DNA from: a virus
Lineage: Duplodnaviria; Caudoviricetes
Virus record (IMG/VR): IMGVR_UViG_3300008110_007313
Reading direction: 5' to 3' (one strand)
Length of the DNA: 64,000 bases
Shown here piece by piece: positions 52,709 through 62,472 of this stretch (positions are counted from its first letter, which is position 1; the number at the start of each line of letters is the position of its first letter). The notes under the pieces were generated by a model. It did no database searches, was not told the DNA's origin, and saw only the letters and a program-made list of their open reading frames with translations. A program made the position numbers and the translations under genes.

Positions 52709-53865
52709 GACAACACCCTCGCTAGAGTTGCAATGTCAGTGTTGGCAATATTTGGTATCTGACTCATACTGACCGCCAATGCCACGCTGGCCACTGCTTG
52801 ATCTTCTGGAACTATCTTGCTCAATTCATCGCAACCTGTGATGTTGCTGTTGGGACCAACGTCTATAGATCCAATGAATGTTTTGACAATTGAATTGGCT
52901 GTGCCGTCGCTGTTGTATATAGACTGCGGACCGTTGTCTGTGGGCACAGATAGACTCCGCCAACTTTCGCCAAACAACACAGTAGGATTCAGTAGATCAG
53001 CTAGAGTATTGACCCCGGGTGTAGTAACATCCAAAATGTCTAAAATTTCTGCGAGATCAGCGCCGGTTATTTTGAGCATGGCATTGTAGGCTTTTCTTTG
53101 CAGATTATTAAACTGACTGCGAGTCAAATCTAAACTTGACTGACTAGGTGTGCACAATCTTACAATTTCATTTTCAGACATGCCTTGCTCAAACAGCGCC
53201 AAAGTGATCGACGGCAAGGTGCCACGTACTATGTTACCATAAATGCTTATCTGTTGCAAAACACCAGCAGGTGTTCCGATCTCATTAAGTTGTTGAAGAC
53301 TCAACGCATTGCCCATGGCTCTAAGATCTTGTGCAAATGCTGGCATTGCCATGGTCACCTTGGTGATGTCACCAGTGACCAAGTTGTTCATGTTGGTAAA
53401 AGTGGCTGCCATTTTGTTGGCATTGACTGTGCTGTAAATCAGTTGTGTTGTTTGTGATTGATAGCTAGTAGCTGCCGACCAAACTTCTGCAAACTTACTG
53501 ATGTCTCCGTTGCCGAGATATTTGTTGCCGGTGTCTAATACAAATTGAGCAAACCCACCGGTAGTGACAGTAGGTATAGTAGCCACAGTTTGCACGCCAG
53601 TAATGGTATTAGCATAGGCAGTGGGCACACTGGCACCAAGAGCCGGGCAATTTGACGCACCCAGAGTTTTTAACTGAGCAATGGTCGCGTTGGCTAGGCC
53701 ATACGAACCAGCCAAGCTCAAGGTATCTAAAAGAGAATCAATGGCAGGTACTGCGTTGTAGCTGGCCACTGCATTAGACAACGTGGTGCTGACTGCTAGA
53801 CCTGTGTTGGCCAACAATCCTGTCAATGCTATCAACTGCAACGGAGTATACAACCCTGTGGCCAT
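52705..53865 (-). CDS. putative virion (baseplate hub-associated) structural protein
   Basis: 386 aa directly downstream of PAAR. Confidence 0.55.
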   Translation of the reverse strand: MATGLYTPLQLIALTGLLANTGLAVSTTLSNAVASYNAVPAIDSLLDTLSLAGSYGLANATIAQLKTLGASNCPALGASVPTAYANTITGVQTVATIPTVTTGGFAQFVLDTGNKYLGNGDISKFAEVWSAATSYQSQTTQLIYSTVNANKMAATFTNMNNLVTGDITKVTMAMPAFAQDLRAMGNALSLQQLNEIGTPAGVLQQISIYGNIVRGTLPSITLALFEQGMSENEIVRLCTPSQSSLDLTRSQFNNLQRKAYNAMLKITGADLAEILDILDVTTPGVNTLADLLNPTVLFGESWRSLSVPTDNGPQSIYNSDGTANSIVKTFIGSIDVGPNSNITGCDELSKIVPEDQAVASVALAVSMSQIPNIANTDIATLARVLS

Positions 53866-53866
53866 G

Positions 53867-54145
53867 TTATCCTATCCTCACGTTGTCACTGCCGCCTACT
53901 CTTTTATGATCTTTGCAGCTATCGGCATTGCCAGTGACATTGACAGGTTTGTTGCCGGCACGAACGCTGCCAACGCCATTGGCTGTGGTGATACTTTTGT
54001 GATCGTACTGCTTGGCCTTGGCGTGGTCGGCTACCTTGGATCCATTCACGCTGATTGCTTTGTTATTGACTCGCACAGAACTAAAGCCGCTTGTAATAGC
54101 GGCTCCGGCATCATTTGCATCACCTACACGTTGCACTGCGGGCAT
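53867..54145 (-). CDS. PAAR-motif spike tip protein (gp5.4-like)
   Basis: MPAVQRVGD-VRVNNKAI-DH-H-VRAGNKPV-DSC-H-GGSDNVRIG. Confidence 0.85.
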   Translation of the reverse strand: MPAVQRVGDANDAGAAITSGFSSVRVNNKAISVNGSKVADHAKAKQYDHKSITTANGVGSVRAGNKPVNVTGNADSCKDHKRVGGSDNVRIG

Positions 54146-54146
54146 G

Positions 54147-54455
54147 TTATCCTAGGATTAGTTTTTTGTCTGGAACCTTGATCCCAGTGGTGGCTTCAAG
54201 GTATTTCATGCGCACAGAATCATCAGTCGGGGCACACAAAGCTATACTGCCAGTATTTAGCTTGATTTCGGCACTGGGATCAGCGGTAAACAAACTAGGG
54301 ATCAATCCCATTCCCTGTGGCCCAGGTGCAATGCTTACTGGCTCTTCAAGGATGATCCAATCTCCTCCTGACATTTTTACCTTGGCAACTATTTCTTCGC
54401 CAGAGTTCATTTTAAATGTGTATACTTTATCCGTTGTTAGTGCTAGTTGTGTCAT
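54147..54455 (-). CDS. Sm-like conserved phage protein
   Basis: KMNSGEEIVAKV-LEEPV-GLIP. Confidence 0.6.
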   Translation of the reverse strand: MTQLALTTDKVYTFKMNSGEEIVAKVKMSGGDWIILEEPVSIAPGPQGMGLIPSLFTADPSAEIKLNTGSIALCAPTDDSVRMKYLEATTGIKVPDKKLILG

Positions 54456-54685
54456 TAGACGCTTTCTGTTAGTTTTGCTTTGAGTTCTGTAAATCCGCCA
54501 ATCAGTTCTCCGTCAAGGATGATCTGTGGTACGGTTCTTGCTGTGGGGATTGCTTCTAGCAATTCTTCTTTTGTGTATCCGTCACCAATCTTGCGTTCTT
54601 CAAAAGCAATGCCTTTTTGTTTTAGCAGTGCCTTGGCTTGATCGCAATAGGGACAGTGATATTTGCTCCATACAATAGCTTGCAT
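54455..54685 (-). CDS. glutaredoxin
   Basis: CPYC, ARTVPQI, IGGFTEL. Confidence 0.95.
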   Translation of the reverse strand: MQAIVWSKYHCPYCDQAKALLKQKGIAFEERKIGDGYTKEELLEAIPTARTVPQIILDGELIGGFTELKAKLTESV

Positions 54686-54686
54686 A

Positions 54687-55097
54687 TTATTTTCCTTCAT
54701 TTGATTTATCATAGGTCTTGGCAAAGATGTCTGTTTTGACAACACCATAATCGCCAGGTCCGTGCTTGACAATGTAGTCATTGCCTTTGGTGTATTCTAA
54801 GTTACCCCAACTTGCTCGAACAACACCGTCATGGTCAGCCAACTTAGCAACCTTCATAATTTTCTTTGGCGTAGCTGTGCCATCACCATTGTCATCATAG
54901 TAGGCGTTAAACTTAATAGGGCTCACCGGGTACCGCTCGCCTTTGGGACCAGTGATAATCTTGTGTCCCACTGTGTAATTCACAGGACCTTCTAGTGTGT
55001 CCACAGTGCCATTGTCTGTAGCTGTTTCGTACTTGATAGGTGTGGGATGTTTGTAGGTTTCAAATCCACCCTGGGCAAACCAATTGTCGTCGATCAT
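54687..55097 (-). CDS. PGDYG-family protein
   Basis: TLEG-GPKGERYPV and DYIVKHGPGDYGVVKTDIFAKTY. Confidence 0.75.
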   Translation of the reverse strand: MIDDNWFAQGGFETYKHPTPIKYETATDNGTVDTLEGPVNYTVGHKIITGPKGERYPVSPIKFNAYYDDNGDGTATPKKIMKVAKLADHDGVVRASWGNLEYTKGNDYIVKHGPGDYGVVKTDIFAKTYDKSNEGK

Positions 55098-56197
55098 AGT
55101 TCAGGTAGTTCCTCGTAGTCAATGCTGTCGCTCATTACACCAATAACATAATTAGTGCTTTCGTTCTCTTGCAGTGCAGTTTGTTTCTTGCTGGTGTCAA
55201 CGTGTTTGTTGAACCAAGGAATAGGTGTGCTCTTGGGTGCAGGTTCCTGATACTTGATACCAATTTCGTGCAAGGCGTTCTTGGCAGTGTAGTCCACAAA
55301 GTCTCTCAAGATGTTGGCATTGAGTCCAATCACAGGACCATGTTTGAACAAATAGTCTGCCCACTCTTTTTCTTCACGAATAACATCCATGTATAACTGA
55401 TACACTTCTGCTTCGCATTCCACTTTGGCGGCGGCAAAGCGTGGATCTTCTTTCACAACTTGATTGATCAAGAATGCAGTCCAGTCCTTGTGCAAGATTT
55501 CGTCTTGCAGGATCAACTGAATGATGTTGCCGTTGCCAATAAAGATTTTGTTTTCTACCATGGCCAATGAAGTAGCAAAGCTAACCATAAAGCGGAATGC
55601 TTCAAGTGCGTAGCTGGCATTTAGTGCCAACCAGATTGATTTAATATGAGCATCATCAGAAACTAAATCAAATCCTAGTTCTTTCTTGCAATTCATTTGA
55701 TGCAAGTCATCATAGTACTTGCCCACACTAGAAGCCATATCAATGATCTCTTTGGTGTCGTGGATTGTATTAAACATGTCCTTGGGCACGTTGTAGATGT
55801 TGCGAATGATGTGGCTGTAGCTACGTGAGTGAATGTTGGTCTCAAAGAATCCCCAGTTGTACATCAGGCTTTCAAGTTCAGGGATTGAGCACACAGGAGT
55901 AAACACCTGTGTAGGACCGCGACCTTGCAAACTGTCCAGCGCGGTTTGACGCAACAGGTTTGATGTAAAGATGTGCTTGACTGTGTCTGACGCATCTTTA
56001 AAGTCTTGGCTGTCTTTGGTTAGTGAAATCTCTTCAGGCACCCAAAAGAAACCACGTGCTTCTTGTTCAAACTTTTGTAGTTTGTTGTACTTGACTTCTT
56101 CAAACCGTTGAATGGTCACAGGGCCTGCAGGATCCAAGAACATCTTGCGGTTGAGATAATCTGTTTTTGTTTTTAAGTTGTATTGTGCTTTGCTCAT
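55094..56197 (-). CDS. nrdB: class Ia ribonucleotide reductase beta subunit
   Basis: FFWVPEE, DSLQGR, ETNIHSRSY (Tyr radical), LEAFRF, DEILH, ALQENE. Confidence 0.96.
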   Translation of the reverse strand: MSKAQYNLKTKTDYLNRKMFLDPAGPVTIQRFEEVKYNKLQKFEQEARGFFWVPEEISLTKDSQDFKDASDTVKHIFTSNLLRQTALDSLQGRGPTQVFTPVCSIPELESLMYNWGFFETNIHSRSYSHIIRNIYNVPKDMFNTIHDTKEIIDMASSVGKYYDDLHQMNCKKELGFDLVSDDAHIKSIWLALNASYALEAFRFMVSFATSLAMVENKIFIGNGNIIQLILQDEILHKDWTAFLINQVVKEDPRFAAAKVECEAEVYQLYMDVIREEKEWADYLFKHGPVIGLNANILRDFVDYTAKNALHEIGIKYQEPAPKSTPIPWFNKHVDTSKKQTALQENESTNYVIGVMSDSIDYEELPEL

Positions 56198-56198
56198 G

Positions 56199-57125
56199 TT
56201 AATCTTTCAGTGTGTAACTAATCTGCCCACTTCTAATGTTGTGCTGTACAACAAGGTCTCGGTCCGGGCGAACTAAAATTATAGGATCTTCGCCTGGTCC
56301 CCAGTGCCCATCATCAAGGTACAATGTGTCATTGTCTTGTTTCATCCCCATTCTTGGCACAATCAACACACATTGATCTTTCCATGACTGAGTAGAAACT
56401 GTCAGTTCAAAGTGACGTTGTTCAGGATGCCAATGTTGCGCATGATAGCTAGCCACTACTTGACCAGCTTTGACAGCTCGCATGTACGGAATCCATCCCC
56501 AATCGGTTTCCTGCTGGCGCGGGAAGGTAACGATGCCAGGAGTTAAGTTAACTTCTGTCACATTCATTATGTTTCCGCGCATGGTATTAACAACGTGAAT
56601 GAATTTTTGATCAATGTCCACTGCTGGATTGAATCCTCGTGGCTCTGAACAAGGTCTGCATAGTCCTTGAGCAAAGCGTTCAGGAATTGGTATTGCCCAC
56701 AGTTCTAAAAAGTATGTGCTCGGAAGAAACACACGCGAGTTATCTGAAGGCAGACTGTTCCATAAACCTTCCCACCAAAGATTTCCGTTTACTGTTTCAG
56801 TAAACGTAACAGGAGTAGATTCAATGTCCCTGGTGTAACGTTTGTTTACCAGTTCAATTCGATCTTGAAGGCCCAGCCGTTTTATAATCTCACAGCCCAA
56901 GTGGTAGCGATTTACATCACTTTCGAATGCACGTATGTGACGAGCACCATGTTTCAAGGCCATGATTGATAGTAGTCCTGTGCCAAAGCCAATGTCAGTA
57001 CAATCTTGGTCTTTGACATATCTACTGAGTACACGGTCATAGAATTGATTGCGAAGAAAATCGTTGATCATTCCGAGGTTAACTCCATCGTGATTCGTCC
57101 AGTCAATGTGGTTTAAAAAATCCAT
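56199..57125 (-). CDS. class I SAM-dependent methyltransferase, protein-arginine methyltransferase-like
   Basis: NDFLRNQFY, DIGFGTGLLS, GA-IRAFE, ETVNGNLWWE (E-x8-E), FLP. Confidence 0.7.
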   Translation of the reverse strand: MDFLNHIDWTNHDGVNLGMINDFLRNQFYDRVLSRYVKDQDCTDIGFGTGLLSIMALKHGARHIRAFESDVNRYHLGCEIIKRLGLQDRIELVNKRYTRDIESTPVTFTETVNGNLWWEGLWNSLPSDNSRVFLPSTYFLELWAIPIPERFAQGLCRPCSEPRGFNPAVDIDQKFIHVVNTMRGNIMNVTEVNLTPGIVTFPRQQETDWGWIPYMRAVKAGQVVASYHAQHWHPEQRHFELTVSTQSWKDQCVLIVPRMGMKQDNDTLYLDDGHWGPGEDPIILVRPDRDLVVQHNIRSGQISYTLKD

Positions 57126-57316
57126 TACCAATGTCTAATAGTATTTGCTATGATAAAAAAACATGTAACCACATGTATTATAACCCAAAAAGTCTTTAAG
57201 AACAAGGCTATTCGGGCTTCTCGAAGAGTTAATATAGGAACATCTGGGCGATCGTGATCTGATTTGCCCATTAGGTGTCCGGTTGCTCGAGCCCATATAC
57301 GTTCGATGCTGTTCAT
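57125..57316 (-). CDS. small membrane protein
   Basis: IWARATGHLMG; C-terminal TM helix. Confidence 0.7.
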   Translation of the reverse strand: MNSIERIWARATGHLMGKSDHDRPDVPILTLREARIALFLKTFWVIIHVVTCFFIIANTIRHW

Positions 57317-59505
57317 AGCTTGCAGCTCTCACAGTCTTCTTGATCATCAAAGTCAATCTCTTCCAACGGTGCGTCTTCTGCTTTTTGTTTTGAACCTGCT
57401 TTGTTGATCAAACTGTAGTAGAACGTTTTCAATCCCCAGTAGTGTGCCTGCATCAAGTTCTTGGCAATCAGGGTTGTGGGAACCTTACGATCTGGGAAGT
57501 GTGCAGGATTGTAGAATGTGTTAGTGCTGATTGACTGATCAATGTAGGCTGCTAACACAGCCGCTGTTTTCAAGTATCCGTCGCAGTCCTTTTGTGCCCA
57601 CATCTGTTGATATCGATTTTTCAACTTGTGATACTCGGGCACAACTTGTGTAAGACTGCCTGCTTTAGATTCTTTTACTGAAATCAAGCTCATGGGCATT
57701 TCAATACCGTTGGTTGAGTTAATAACCACTGAGCTGGACTCTACTGGGGCAATAGCCATCAGCGTGGCGTTGCGAACACCATGTCCACGCATTTGAGCAC
57801 GTAGACCTTCCCAGTTTAGTTCAGGTGTAAAGTCAGCTAACTCGTTAACACCTTGTGCTCTGCGCTCCCAAGGAAATATACCCTGGCCATAGAATGTGCG
57901 ATCACTATCTTTGCAACGTCCACGTTCCTTGGCCAGCTCAACTGTGGATTCTGTGAGATAGTAAGCTTGATGTTCCATCCAGGATTTGACTTCAGCTAAG
58001 GCATCTTTCTCGCCATAATTAAATCCGCGCTTGGCGTGCCAGTAAGCAAGATTCGTAACACCGATACCGAGCGGCTGGATCTCGTCGTTGGATAACTTGC
58101 TTTGAATTGAGAGGAAGTCCTGATAGTCAAGGATATTACACAGACTCCTCTGCAGAATCCTACAAGCCCGGCGCATGTCCTCTGGATTACGGAATGCTCC
58201 CCAGTTAATGGACCCAAGTGTACACAGCGCGATGCGACCTTGATCATCGTCCAGTCGTTTGAAAGGTTTTGTAGGAAGGAGAATTTCACAGCAAAGGTTA
58301 CTCTGGTAAATGGTATGATACTCAGGATCAAAAGGACCTTGATTCATCACGTTGTCTATGAATACCAAATAGATACGTCCTGTGTCAGTGCGTTCTTTGA
58401 GAATACCGCCTTTGAATACTTCTTCAGCTGACATGGTTTTCTTGCGTAGGTCTTTTCTCTTTTCATAGGCAACATATAGTTCTTCAAAGCGAGTTGTGTT
58501 CTTGTAAAATGCTTCATATAAGTCTGGCACTTCATTGGGGTCAAAGAACGTTATGTTTTCTTTGTTCTTGAATCGTCTCCAGAAGAAAGCTGACAGCACA
58601 ACCCCATAATCCATATGACGGACTCGGGTTTCTTCTGTTCCTTGGTTGTTCTTAAGGACAATAAGATCATCAAACTGATGATGCCAAATAGGATAAAAAA
58701 CAGTAGCACTTGCATTACGAATACCTCCTTGAGCACGTTTGCTAGCATACTTGGCCATCATTTCGCCACTAGCAAAAATACTATCGAGATCATCGTCACT
58801 GCGGATAAGAACGCAAGAGCTAAACTGCTTAGTAGGAGTGCCCAGTCCAGCAAGGACAGGCGTTGCAAGAGTAAAGAGACCGTCTGATGCCGCATTGTAG
58901 TATTCTTTGATATAGCGCATACGAGCTGAGTTCGGTTCTTCTTTATGAAATACAGTAGCGGCCGCCACCATGTAACGAACTTGAGGAGTTTCATAAATTT
59001 CCTTTGTTGAACGATTCTTGACCAGATACTTTTCAATCAGTTGTTCAATGGCCGCATAGCTGTACTGTTCGTCTTTGACATGATCAATCATGTCATTCAT
59101 ACGGCTCCAATCGGCCTCATCGTACCATTCTAGGAGCTCGGGAGTGTACAGGCCTGTGGCCACATTACGCTTCACAATCTCATACAAGTGGGGAGGCTCG
59201 TAGCTGCCGTAAACGTCTTTGCGCAACATACTGAGACGTTGTTTCCCTGCTACATATTGGTAATTGGTGTGCCCTACATCTGGATTGGATTCTACGTCAA
59301 TGAGATCCACAATAGCACGTAAGGTAATCTCGTCAATTTCTTTGGTGGTAATACCATCATAAAAATGCAACTGAGCTTTAATCTCTACCATGCTTTGACT
59401 TACGTCAGCAATGCCCGAGCATATTTTAGCAATCTGCGTTTGCCACTTTTCCAAGGCCAAGGGCTCACGCTGGCCACTACGTTTAACGACGGTAATGTTT
59501 TTCAT
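57313..59505 (-). CDS. nrdA: class Ia ribonucleotide reductase alpha subunit with internal in-frame deletion
   Basis: ATP-cone, FSSCVL, SNLCCEI, ALCTL, FYY, C-terminal CESC; SKRA joined directly to QGGIR. Confidence 0.95.
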   Translation of the reverse strand: MKNITVVKRSGQREPLALEKWQTQIAKICSGIADVSQSMVEIKAQLHFYDGITTKEIDEITLRAIVDLIDVESNPDVGHTNYQYVAGKQRLSMLRKDVYGSYEPPHLYEIVKRNVATGLYTPELLEWYDEADWSRMNDMIDHVKDEQYSYAAIEQLIEKYLVKNRSTKEIYETPQVRYMVAAATVFHKEEPNSARMRYIKEYYNAASDGLFTLATPVLAGLGTPTKQFSSCVLIRSDDDLDSIFASGEMMAKYASKRAQGGIRNASATVFYPIWHHQFDDLIVLKNNQGTEETRVRHMDYGVVLSAFFWRRFKNKENITFFDPNEVPDLYEAFYKNTTRFEELYVAYEKRKDLRKKTMSAEEVFKGGILKERTDTGRIYLVFIDNVMNQGPFDPEYHTIYQSNLCCEILLPTKPFKRLDDDQGRIALCTLGSINWGAFRNPEDMRRACRILQRSLCNILDYQDFLSIQSKLSNDEIQPLGIGVTNLAYWHAKRGFNYGEKDALAEVKSWMEHQAYYLTESTVELAKERGRCKDSDRTFYGQGIFPWERRAQGVNELADFTPELNWEGLRAQMRGHGVRNATLMAIAPVESSSVVINSTNGIEMPMSLISVKESKAGSLTQVVPEYHKLKNRYQQMWAQKDCDGYLKTAAVLAAYIDQSISTNTFYNPAHFPDRKVPTTLIAKNLMQAHYWGLKTFYYSLINKAGSKQKAEDAPLEEIDFDDQEDCESCKL

Positions 59506-59511
59506 TATATG

Positions 59512-59937
59512 TTACTTTATTTCTATTTTTATTTGTTGCTGACTGATGCAGTGTTGAGTTTTTTTGGAACTCAGGTTGATATTTACGATTTGATCTCGAT
59601 CCCAATTCAATATATATTTTCCTTGGTCAAATAGGACTAAATTGTCACTACCCATTTCGATCATTTCAGCGTCTTGCATGTCTGCGCGATCTAACAGAAC
59701 TATAGTATACATGATTCCTAGCCCGCGAGCAAGTCCACAGTAAATGTTGTCATCCAATAACTGCCATGGGTCAGGCCAACTATTTCGTTCATCCCAGTGT
59801 AAATGATAAGGAGTCCAAGGTGTGTCAAACCACCATGCATTGATGGTCTGCAGAGCCAATTCAGGCTCTAATACCAAACACTGTCGGCGAAGATTGGACC
59901 AACTTTCAAGTCGGTCCGCAAAGGTGCGTGGCCACAT
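59512..59937 (-). CDS. Trp-rich hypothetical protein
   Basis: 141 aa; WPDPWQLL-YCGLARGLG; TAATG-coupled to the tail gene. Confidence 0.7.
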   Translation of the reverse strand: MWPRTFADRLESWSNLRRQCLVLEPELALQTINAWWFDTPWTPYHLHWDERNSWPDPWQLLDDNIYCGLARGLGIMYTIVLLDRADMQDAEMIEMGSDNLVLFDQGKYILNWDRDQIVNINLSSKKTQHCISQQQIKIEIK

Positions 59938-61736
59938 TAGGCTAAATGAGTGATACTGTAGTCTATAGTACCGGCAGAACCGGTGGAAGATGAGCTATAC
60001 GCCACTGTGATATCTCCGCCTGGAGCAGCTTCAGTGGCGGTTAATGTAACACCAGTAGATGCGTTTTCTGTATAGCTGTCGGTGTAAGAGAATGACCCAG
60101 TGGCCGCGCTGACTGCGGTCAGCGTTCCGGTGCGTACTGTGGTTCCACGAATGATAGTATAATCCATCTTGAATGCCTTAAACACCGCGGTGTCTATCAA
60201 AAACAACGGACCTGAATTGTTGTCGCTGATGATAGAGTGTACACCTGTGGTGCGGGTGTACTTACCTAGCTGCATCTCAGTGGCTATAGTATCGTCACTG
60301 ACTCCACTTACTGTAAAAGAAACCCCACGTATGTTCATGCCCAACGCAATGCTGGTTGAATCGTTTAATGCAATACGTGGATATGTAGCACTTTCTGACG
60401 TGGTGCGCTCGAACATGTCACCGACGCTGATATTGTTGTTGGCATCAATGTCTATTACAGGAGTTTGTGCAACTGTGTTGATGTGATTACCAACGTTTAA
60501 AAATGTGTTGTAACCAGTGGCATTGAGTTTGACTCCTTGAATCACAATGCCTTCAGCATAGACATTGTCAAATATGTTATTCAGAATTCTAAATCCAATA
60601 GGACCGCCGTCTACTGGAGTCAAGCTACCTAGAACAATGCCCTGAGTAAGTGAATCAAAATAGCTGTTGCTCACTGTCACTGCCTGTACCTGTTGGTCTG
60701 TGTTGAAACCATAGGTACAGCCTGAAAACTTGCAGTCATCAAAAATCACCTGACGAGTTATCAACGCCGAGGTGCTGGCAAATTTCACTGCCGACAAGTC
60801 ATCAAAGGTGGTGTTGCCATCGTTGGTGGTAAACGGTCCATCAAACGTACACTCTTTGAAACTGATTTGTTCAGCTCTTTCTACCAACAAAATGTTATGA
60901 CTGCGAGCAGAGTCATTGCCAAAGTTGACTGTTTTCCAGGCCATACTTTGTACTTCTACATTTTCAGGACGTGTGGCGCTGTTGCTGAGAATATTGCTGC
61001 CAGTCTGTTGCAAACTGTCAGCGGTACGTACCACATACTCGGGCAAATCTTCTTCTACCCAGTAAGTGGTATTTGTTGGCAGAATAGCAGCACCAATGCT
61101 GTCCTCAACAGGTACAGCACTCAGCGAGCGATAGTAACGATCGTTGGTGGCATAATAGACCAGTACTCCTTGGGCATAAGGGGTGAAAGAAACCCAAGGA
61201 TTAGACTGAAACAAAATAATACTAGAGTCTGATCCTTCGCCATATAGTCTGGCATGCGGGGGTATTAAAATTGTGTCAGTGATCAAATAAGTGCCAGCTG
61301 GGAAAAACAAACTGCGACGAATTTGAGGGTTGTTTTGTCGGCAATACAACTGAAACAGTGCACGATTGATTGCCGCTGTGTCATCAGTTACACCATCGCC
61401 TGTGGCACCAAAATCTTTGACACTGGCAAACTGATCCAACCAATTCTGTAGACTCTGAGTTACAGGACTACCTGAAGTAGCACCTGTTTGTACTGCATAA
61501 CCTGTGGCTTCTAGACCACTGTAGGTGTAAGCACCGCTCAACGCTAATACGTCTGAAAATTCTGTGAGGATTTCAGTGTTGCCTACTACTGGAGCACCTT
61601 CGGCTAATTCTCCGTTGCCGATGAAAAGTCTGCGCTGATCTACTGCCCAGCCAAATTCAGCGCCGGCTAGCGGCTGGGGAAGGTCATCTAATATGCCCTT
61701 GCGTTGGGTAATGCGTGAAATCTGTAAAATAGCCAC
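59937..61736 (-). CDS. virion tail/baseplate protein with pectate-lyase-like beta-helix
   Basis: GTG start; LAGAEFGWAVDQRRLFIG; SVKDFGATGDGVTDDTAAI; FFPAGTYL. Confidence 0.85.
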   Translation of the reverse strand: MAILQISRITQRKGILDDLPQPLAGAEFGWAVDQRRLFIGNGELAEGAPVVGNTEILTEFSDVLALSGAYTYSGLEATGYAVQTGATSGSPVTQSLQNWLDQFASVKDFGATGDGVTDDTAAINRALFQLYCRQNNPQIRRSLFFPAGTYLITDTILIPPHARLYGEGSDSSIILFQSNPWVSFTPYAQGVLVYYATNDRYYRSLSAVPVEDSIGAAILPTNTTYWVEEDLPEYVVRTADSLQQTGSNILSNSATRPENVEVQSMAWKTVNFGNDSARSHNILLVERAEQISFKECTFDGPFTTNDGNTTFDDLSAVKFASTSALITRQVIFDDCKFSGCTYGFNTDQQVQAVTVSNSYFDSLTQGIVLGSLTPVDGGPIGFRILNNIFDNVYAEGIVIQGVKLNATGYNTFLNVGNHINTVAQTPVIDIDANNNISVGDMFERTTSESATYPRIALNDSTSIALGMNIRGVSFTVSGVSDDTIATEMQLGKYTRTTGVHSIISDNNSGPLFLIDTAVFKAFKMDYTIIRGTTVRTGTLTAVSAATGSFSYTDSYTENASTGVTLTATEAAPGGDITVAYSSSSTGSAGTIDYSITHLA

Positions 61737-61755
61737 AGTGATAATCCTTGATCTA

Positions 61756-62472
61756 TCACATATTTAGCAAATAGTACTGTTCAACTCTGCGCCACCATTC
61801 TGAACGATATTTTTCAAATTCTGCGCCTTCTAACACAAACTCTTGATACTGCGGTTTTCCCACAATGTTGTGGTCCTTGTCAAGATCTGGTTTGACGCAC
61901 ATTAAAACTACGCCTTTTTTGATACGTGTACCATGTAGTTCGTTGTGCGCTTCTGCATAGGCTGCCAACTGCATGAAATAATCTTCAATCCATTCTCGCC
62001 GTTTGGGCTTGTTGGTCTGTTTGTAGTCTAAAATACTTTCGTCATTTAGATGTATACCTGCACCGTCTGTGGTACCTGCGTAAATTCCCGGGAAATACAA
62101 CGGAACTTCAATGCCCCAAAATTCATTAACATTTATCAATCCTTTGTTGACAACTTCTTCGGCCATGACATGACTGGGCCAACTAAAGGGATTTGATCCA
62201 CGCGGAGGCATGGCACCGTCTTTGATGTACTTTTCTAGATAGGTGTGCATGCGTGTGCCACGGTTGGCAGCTTCGGTGGTAATTTGCTGTGCCTTTTCGT
62301 AGCCTACACTTTTACGCCAACGCTCTAGAATTTGTTTCTTTTCTTCAGACTTGGTTTTGTCTAGTATGGTGGTCACTGAGGGCAGATTTTTGCCATCTGG
62401 TGTGGCATAAAAACGTTTGCCTTCAACAACGACTCGTGGAATGGGTTTGTAGTCAAATTTAGGATTGTACAT
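61756..62472 (-). CDS. PD-(D/E)XK exonuclease
   Basis: RFYATPDG-PSVTTIL, RGTRMH, EVPL, AGTTD, ILDYKQ, QLAAYA. Confidence 0.9.
   Translation of the reverse strand: MYNPKFDYKPIPRVVVEGKRFYATPDGKNLPSVTTILDKTKSEEKKQILERWRKSVGYEKAQQITTEAANRGTRMHTYLEKYIKDGAMPPRGSNPFSWPSHVMAEEVVNKGLINVNEFWGIEVPLYFPGIYAGTTDGAGIHLNDESILDYKQTNKPKRREWIEDYFMQLAAYAEAHNELHGTRIKKGVVLMCVKPDLDKDHNIVGKPQYQEFVLEGAEFEKYRSEWWRRVEQYYLLNM

Noticed and set aside
57313-59505. Intron, intein or homing endonuclease in nrdA or nrdB
   Set aside because: Both ORFs are continuous, and nrdA is shorter rather than longer than expected.
51128-61736. Diversity-generating retroelement acting on tail genes
   Set aside because: No reverse transcriptase and no template/variable repeat pair seen in the window.
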